Shown here piece after piece: positions 56,897 to 64,000 of a stretch of 64,000 nt of DNA (its first letter is position 1; every line of letters starts with the position of its first letter). The position numbers and the translations under genes were made by a program. The notes under the pieces are model-generated. The model saw only the letters and a list, made by a program, of their open reading frames with translations. It had not been told where the DNA came from and made no database searches. The stretch comes from Eledone cirrhosa (lineage: Eukaryota): positions 57,164,001-57,228,000 of the forward strand of contig OZ024743.1 of NCBI GenBank assembly GCA_964016885.1, written 5' to 3'.

Positions 56897-57817
56897 ATGA
56901 GAGTGAACATAGCTAAGACAAAAGTGTTGATATGTAGAAAAGAGGACAAAACTCTGATTCCATCAGGGAAATGGCCATGTTCGATATGTAGAAAAGGAAC
57001 TGGCATACATTCTATAAAATGTACGCAATCTAGATCTTGGGTACGCAAGAGATGTAGTGGGATAGCAGGCAAACTAACAGGTAGGGAAAACTACGTATGC
57101 AGTAGATGTACAGGGAAAGTTGACAGTAGTAATCGCAGTGATAGACACATTTTTCAAATGCAGGAGGGGGGGTATTCTATAGAAGTGGTTGATAACTTCC
57201 GGTACCTAGGTGATCAGATTAGCATGGGAGAGGGGGGGGGGGTGTTCCGAGACCATAATATCTAGAATAAAGACGGATTGGAAGAGATTTAGGGAGCTGC
57301 TCCCTCTGTTGACAAAGAAAGGTTTTTCCCTGCGTACAAAAGGCCGGTTATATGATGCCTGTGTGAGATGCGCGATGCTGCGTGGTAGTGAGACATGGGC
57401 AGCAACTACAGAGGATATGGGACGGCTGGAGAGAAATAAAGAAATCATGCTCCGTTGGATGTACAATGTCAATGTGCGTGAACGACCAAGCATAGATGAG
57501 TTGAGAGAGAAACTGGGTATAAGAGGGATAAGTTGTGGTGTGCAGGAGAGAAGACTGAGATGGTATGGACATGTGATGCGCATGGAGGATGACCGCTGGG
57601 TAAAGAAGTGCCAAGAAATCCCAATAGAAGGAAGACGCAGTAGAGGAAGACCACGAAAAACATGGGCGGAGGTGGTGAGAGCAGACCTCAGATCGCTGAA
57701 GTTCACGGAGGAGATGACGAAGGACCGTGACAAATGGAGAGATGCATACTGAATAGGACCCGTCCCACCCTTGCAAGCAGGGAAAAGCGGACGTAAAATG
57801 ATGATGATGATGATGAT
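56897..57817 (+). mobile_element. 5'-truncated RTE LINE with PHD-like Cys cluster and (GAT)n tail
   Basis: KTKVL..CSIC..C..KRCSG..CSRC, FRYLGD, RRLRWYGHVMR, RGRPRKTW. Confidence 0.9.
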
Positions 57818-58014
57818 ATACATGTAAATATATGACGCCTTCGATAACCGCCTTTTAAAACACGAATAACTCAATTTCTTATACACCAACGATGGATTCC
57901 ACAGTTTTTTAAGAGCTGGCAACCTCAATTGACTTGTTTTTTTTCCAAAGAAATATTTTTCCCTTTTGCCACTGCTCCCTCTCCTCTATCTTTCTATTTC
58001 TTCTCTAATTTCTC

Positions 58015-58058
58015 ATTCTATTACTGATGAAAGATTAGCGTCCGAAACGTTAAGAGTA
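58015..58058 (+). ncRNA. Degenerate minimal PLE hammerhead
   Basis: CTGATGA-aagattagcgtcc-GAAACGTTA; stem I poorly paired. Confidence 0.5.
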
Positions 58059-58144
58059 TTGTCCTACTATATCAAGCGTAAAACTAATATGTTAACAGAA
58101 ACACACACATATATATATATATGTACACGCAGACATGAGATGAT

Positions 58145-58223
<79 letters not shown>

Positions 58224-58413
58224 GGGGAGTGGTTAAAAGATTAAATAAAGGCGCTCAGATATGGGACGCTTGAAAATGATATTCACCCCCACTTCAAATA
58301 TTTGTTTGTACCCCTCATTCCCACTTTAAGACTACGTTCATTCGTTCTACATTTCTCTCTCTTCTTTCTTTCTCTTCGCCATCCCCTCCCTCTTTCTCTA
58401 TAGAATGGAGAAA

Positions 58414-58585
58414 GACAGCCAACTGCTATACAATAGTATATAAAAATCGGGTAAAGAGCCCCAGAGACACACAAATGTTGCCAGCGGTCGGAGTTAGATT
58501 CTTCGTAGCGGCCGCTGACAACATTTCCCCGCCACTCAGGGGTCTTTACCTGATTTTTATAAGCTATTGTATAGCAACTGACTGT
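58414..58585. repeat. Old imperfect hairpin element
   Basis: GCTATACAATAG.ATATAAAAATCGGGTAAAGA versus TCTTTACCTGATTTTTATAAGCTATTGTATAGC. Confidence 0.7.
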
Positions 58586-58618
58586 TATTTTCTGCGTTTG
58601 AAGGAAATCATCAGGAAA

Positions 58619-58669
58619 GCTTTCCTGATGATTTCCTTCGAATGAAACAGTTCTAGTCCTGTAGAAGCC
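58619..58669 (+). ncRNA. Minimal type I hammerhead in a fold-back PLE end (58598-58750)
   Basis: gctttc-CTGATGA-tttccttcgaat-GAAA-cag-ttctagtc-ctg-TA|gaagc. Confidence 0.7.
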
Positions 58670-58745
58670 ATTTCTATATTAGATCTTGTATATACACTAT
58701 GTATTGAGTACCTCACTTACTGTGGTTACCCCCGATTGAACCCAG

Positions 58746-58793
<48 letters not shown>

Positions 58794-58974
58794 TATATAT
58801 ATATGTATATATGTGTAGTGCTTGTTATATTGGTGTTGTAGATTGTCTCAGGTTCCATATTACCAAAGAGAGAATAGATACAAAGGTGTGATTCGTTTGA
58901 ACAAGTTTTTAAAATAAATTTAAAGTATAGAATGTTCTTGTCTATAAAACATATTGATGACCTCCCTGATTTGT

Positions 58975-59480
58975 GAGGTCATCCTCTCGACCTCAACCAC
59001 GGTGACGGTGATGATTGACGCCAGGAGGAGATAACTATTTTCCCGTTTTATGAAGGTACGTTACTCTTCTGGGACGCCGTATTGCGACACTCTCTATGCT
59101 GTCAACTTCTTCCCTTCGACCACAAACCAGGGCGACACCGCTCGCAACGTGGAGAAGCAGAAGATAACAAAATAACAGGCATTGACTGACCGTTTCTTAA
59201 TTGTGCTGGTCATCATTGAAACATCCGGTGTCCTCAGTTTCCGGACAGCCGTAGAGAAGTAGAAGATAACTAAATAGCAAGCATTCACTGACCGTTTCCT
59301 TGTTGTCTCCGGCGCTGTTGAGACCTCCAGTATACTCATTGACTGGACAACCATTTTCCTCCACCAAATCTGAAGGAGGGTATTATGACCGAGGAAGTAG
59401 CTACGTGAAGTGGAATGGCTAATGCAGAGGGTATCGCTGGCTGTTCTTCACGGCAATGCTTACGCCATCTTGCCTGAAGG
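58975..59480 (+). pseudogene. CRE-like RLE domain remnant with internal duplication
   Basis: ITIFPFYEGTLLFWDA..CDTL..KITK..IETSGVL..EVEWLMQRVSLAVLHGNA. Confidence 0.75.
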
Positions 59481-59573
59481 ATCCAGCTGAGATATACTGT
59501 TCAGCCAAGGGTATAGAGTTTTCTCCCTTACCATATCTCCAACTTTTTCTCCCTTTCCTTTTGTCATTATATT

Positions 59574-59752
59574 TGGTAGTATCGGTAGAACGTCAGACAA
59601 TATGCTTTGCAGCATAGAGTTATGGCCCTTTCCGGTCTGACTTCAAATCCCACCGAGGTTGACTTTGACTTTCATCCTTACGAGGTCGACAAAATAAAGC
59701 ACCAGTAATGCACTGGGATAATTGCTGGCCTCGTGCCAAAAGTAGAAACAAT
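59574..59752 (+). mobile_element. SINE family A
   Basis: Head, core and tail present. Confidence 0.8.
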
Positions 59753-60094
59753 TATATAGTAAATATAATGTTTATAATCATTAAAAATTCTTATTCTATA
59801 AGTTGATTACTTTCCGGAGAAAGCATAGTAAAACAACATGAAACAAAGATAGGAGCGGGAAACCTATGAAGATAAATACTTTTTGATTTATTTAAAATTA
59901 AGTTGTTTATTTGATGACTTAACTAACAAATTGGATTCATGACAATATATCAATTTTAAGACTATCGCAATATTTTTTAATCTTTTGTTTCATTTCACTT
60001 TTCTTTACGTATTTGAAGATTTTTCTGATTTATCGAAGTTGCCGAGTGAGCTAACACGAAAATAGACGGCTCGTACTTCGTTCCTGATTAGATG

Positions 60095-60400
60095 TATTAT
60101 ATCTATAGCCAGGATAATGTGAGCTGAGGTGTCTCTAGCCAAGATAATGTATGCTATGTCTATAGTTAAGATAATGTGTGCTATGTTTGTGGTCAAGACA
60201 ATGTGTATTTGTGACCAAGACAGTGTATGTTGTGTGTCTGTAGCCAAGAGAGTATGTGTTGCGTGTCTGTGGTGAAGACTGTTTGTTGTGTGTCTGTGGT
60301 GACAATGTATGATATGTCTATGGTCATGGCATATTCTGTAGTCGACATAATGTGTGCTGTGCTTGTGAATTAAAATATGTGCTGTGTCTATGGCGAAGAT
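60095..60400. repeat. Degenerate minisatellite, about 27-30-bp unit
   Basis: TCTATAGCCAAGATAATGTGTGCTATG-like units. Confidence 0.7.
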
Positions 60401-62058
60401 AATTGAATCTACATTTTCCTACTTGTGCAATCGTAGGAATCATTTCAGCAATGTGAATGGTCACTATTTTTAATGATTTAGTCATGAGGAGGTGCAGCGC
60501 CCAAGACCTTTTTAAGTCACCGTAATTGTGAGAGAAAAGAAGGAAGTTATTGTCAGAGTGGAAATCAAATCCAGCCGAAGTCAATTTTACCTTTCATCCT
60601 TTCAAGGTCGATAACAAATCACCACTCCAGTACTGAGGTCGATTCTTTCTCTATATCTCTCTCACTTTCTCTCCCAGTCTCGACTGTGTTCAGACCTGGG
60701 AAGCGGTTAGGCTCCACCAGTGTTAACATGCTTAAAACATGACATACGTTACGGTGTCCTTAAGACTTCATTAGGAGTTATAGGTCCATACATGCATATG
60801 TATTCAAGAACCAGCTGTTGGCGTAAACTCTGTGACAGATTGAATTCACCATCTAACGGCAGGAATGTTCCTTCTGATGATCTGCCACACAGTCTCTGAC
60901 TCCTAAATTTAATACACAAGACTCTGGTTAATGTAAGGTCATGGTAAAAGACATTTGTCCATAGTGGTGCCACACATTGTGATCAATCTTCTTAACCAGG
61001 CCAACTTGATTTTTATCGTGCGCGTCTACTGTTTATATGTTGGTACCTATCATTTATATATCGTTGGTACCTATTGTGTATCAATGATACCTATTGCTTG
61101 TACACCATCACTGTCTATTGACTGTTTACCAGACATGTCTATTGTGTCTTTATGAAATGTCCCACGCATTCAGTCTCTGCGACTGGGTTCATTAGTTTTC
61201 CTACGTTCTACATAATACGACTTTCATACTTCATACATAATAATTTAAGACTTCCACACTTTATATTATATAAATGTTACTTATTAACTTTTCACTAAAA
61301 AATCGAATCTTTATTTCCAGCAAAGGAAATTAAAGACCAACAAACTTCTTTTATTACATACTAAACATTTATTTTTATCGTTTGAACTCAGTAGACTTCC
61401 GAGTCAAACACGTGAAACTAATCTTTTCTTTCTTCTTGTTCATATTTAGTCGTTTCTAAAGACAAGCAATATACACTGCAAAAGAAATGAAATTAAATCT
61501 TGTAAGCAACTAACCGCTAGTATACTGTACTAAAGTGATTTTTAATAATTCATATAAAAAAACTTTTAAGCATTTATGTCTTCGTTTTATTAATAATTTC
61601 TTGAAATATCTGAAGTAAAAGTGTTTTAAAGTTCGAAGGAAAAACAAACAAAACAAAACAAAAACAATCACTTTCAGACTGGTTTTAGATTTGAAGAAAA
61701 CTTCAATGTAGCAAGAATCATACTTGTATTAAAGCGATCACTTACAATATGTAAGACTTAGTGGTATGTACCATGCTTTCGCTAAGGGTTTTAGCTGTCT
61801 ATGCAATTACAATCGGTCACAGACACATTCTCGTCCAACAATCTTATAATCCAACGGAATGTTTCAGCTGGAAAGAGAAAGCTACAGCAGTTTGAGCTTA
61901 TACTTTATTTATCGATTCTGAAAGAATGTATGGCAAAGTAGATTATGTTGAGGGTACACGCATCTGAAATGATCAGCCACTTGCACAATAATTTCACTAG
62001 CAGATCTTTTTGATTTTTTGAACAACTGGAATACTCGTCGTCGGAGGTCCAGCATACA

Positions 62059-62383
62059 TACTCTCGGGTCTCTAATAATCGCTCCCGGCTTATTAATTTT
62101 CCAGAGTCTCCCCCCCCCCTTATTGTTTTATGTTAAGTGGTAGCATTCCTGCGACAATTAATTTTCTCTAGACATTAAAAAAAACATTATACATGACAGA
62201 AAAAGTAGATTACTAGAAAACCCATTCGTTATAAAATAAACAAGATGGGTTGGGGCCTCAACATGTGAACTAAACGACTAATTCTGGTTTTTTAAAAAAT
62301 CAACGGAGACAACCTAGAAAAATAACCAATTTTCTACCCCACTCCTGCTTATTCCACTCCCTATTATTTGGGAACCGCGAGTA
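62059..62383. mobile_element. Putative Tc1/mariner-superfamily MITE
   Basis: TACTCTCGGGTCTCTAATAAT versus the reverse complement TACTCGCGGTTCCCAAATAAT; TA ends. Confidence 0.55.
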
Positions 62384-62671
62384 GCTTCAATTTGTTTCAG
62401 TAATGACGTGTTTTTGTACCAATTTGGTTAATTATTCACATATTTGTTGTCTTGTGTTGTACTAACGCATGTAATGATTTCAATCTTTATGCTTATGGGA
62501 GTGGTGTTTTGTTTATGATATGAGGTGAGATAAGACCAATAACTACCCTGCTGAGATTTTTACTCAGAAGTCTTAGATCTTAATCAAGCTTTTTACCAAA
62601 ATCGAACACCTTCGATTGGAACAGCTTGCTCATGAAAATAAATGTAAGTGGCTCAGCATTCCACATATATT

Positions 62672-62958
62672 CTTTTTTTGTTTCGAGACCAGAATACTCA
62701 TCAGGCTGGTGCGTATCCCGGTTTCGTAGCGTGAAGTGACTGAGAGTACAAGACTCCTTCTCTGTACAGGACGCCAGTCTATCGTAGGGTTAAACTCCCA
62801 GCTATTGCTAGTACTCATTTACAGCTGAGTATAGTGGAGCAACGTAAAATGAAGTGTTTTGCTCAAGAATACAACACCCAACCCAATCCAGCAAATCGAA
62901 CTCACGACATTATGATCGTAAGTCCAAGCCCCCTTTTCAGTAGGCCAGGCGCCTCCAC
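62672..62958 (-). mobile_element. SINE B nested in a family C repeat
   Basis: Flanking CATTCC(A/G)CATA duplication. Confidence 0.8.
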
Positions 62959-63516
62959 ATTCCGCATACATATGTACACTTAACGTAACTCTCAGGGAGA
63001 TTTAGCATATCACTGTGTGACAAGGTTGGCCTTCCTGTTATAAGTATAGTCAAACAGACAGTTTTCCAAATAGTTCCATTTCATTCAGGTCGACATGAAA
63101 CTATGTTAAATGCAATTTACTGGAGATGTCACACAGTGGGATGGAACCCGAGATCCAATGATTGCGAAGCGAAAACCTTAACTATATTGCGTTCACAACG
63201 ACTACCTCCATAATTCATGAGACATACGAATCGGAAGTCGTTTTGGCGACACTTCACACAATCGATATTTCTCTATTCTATCTTCTGCCTGTATTTTCAA
63301 TGTTTCATTATCAAGAAGGCTGGCTATATCTGGTATGCATGCCCCAATCTTATCAATTGGTTTAGCGGTTGATTCTTTTATTTAGGCCAGTTGTCTAGTA
63401 ATCATCGTTCGAAACAATTGTGACCGGAAGACTATAATTAATGTAAATACCTATATAAATATTCAAGTCTATATAGCCTCCGGTTCTATCAAAACATTTC
63501 GTGGCGAAATTCTCAA

Positions 63517-64000
<484 letters not shown>

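Noticed and set aside
60095-60400. Repeat-spacer (CRISPR-like) array
   Set aside because: The units are degenerate tandem repeats without unique spacers, in a eukaryotic context with no cas genes.

Overview
This is AT-rich, repeat-saturated eukaryotic DNA. The (TA)n/(CA)n microsatellites and tRNA-derived SINEs look like an octopod cephalopod genome (inference). I can support no intact host gene. Most predicted ORFs are microsatellite artefacts ([12 protein letters not shown]). Real coding remnants all belong to mobile elements: a Neptune-type Penelope-like element (PLE) in partial-tandem plus inverted-pLTR arrangement (31005-37360), a 7.7-kb head-to-head palindrome of a Hydra-clade-like PLE with a 16-bp TSD (43121-50825), CR1, RTE and CRE LINE fragments, a mariner, a DD41D transposon and non-autonomous Helitrons. 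The main unexplained structure is a population of about 15 short non-coding inserts sitting in (TA)n tracts. Most are head-to-head palindromes of PLE 3' ends that carry whole or partial type I hammerhead ribozymes (HHRs) with palindromic stem III. A 688-nt ORF-less unit with terminal direct repeats and an intact HHR (27396-28207) looks like a retrozyme or non-autonomous PLE. All folds and alignments were done by eye.
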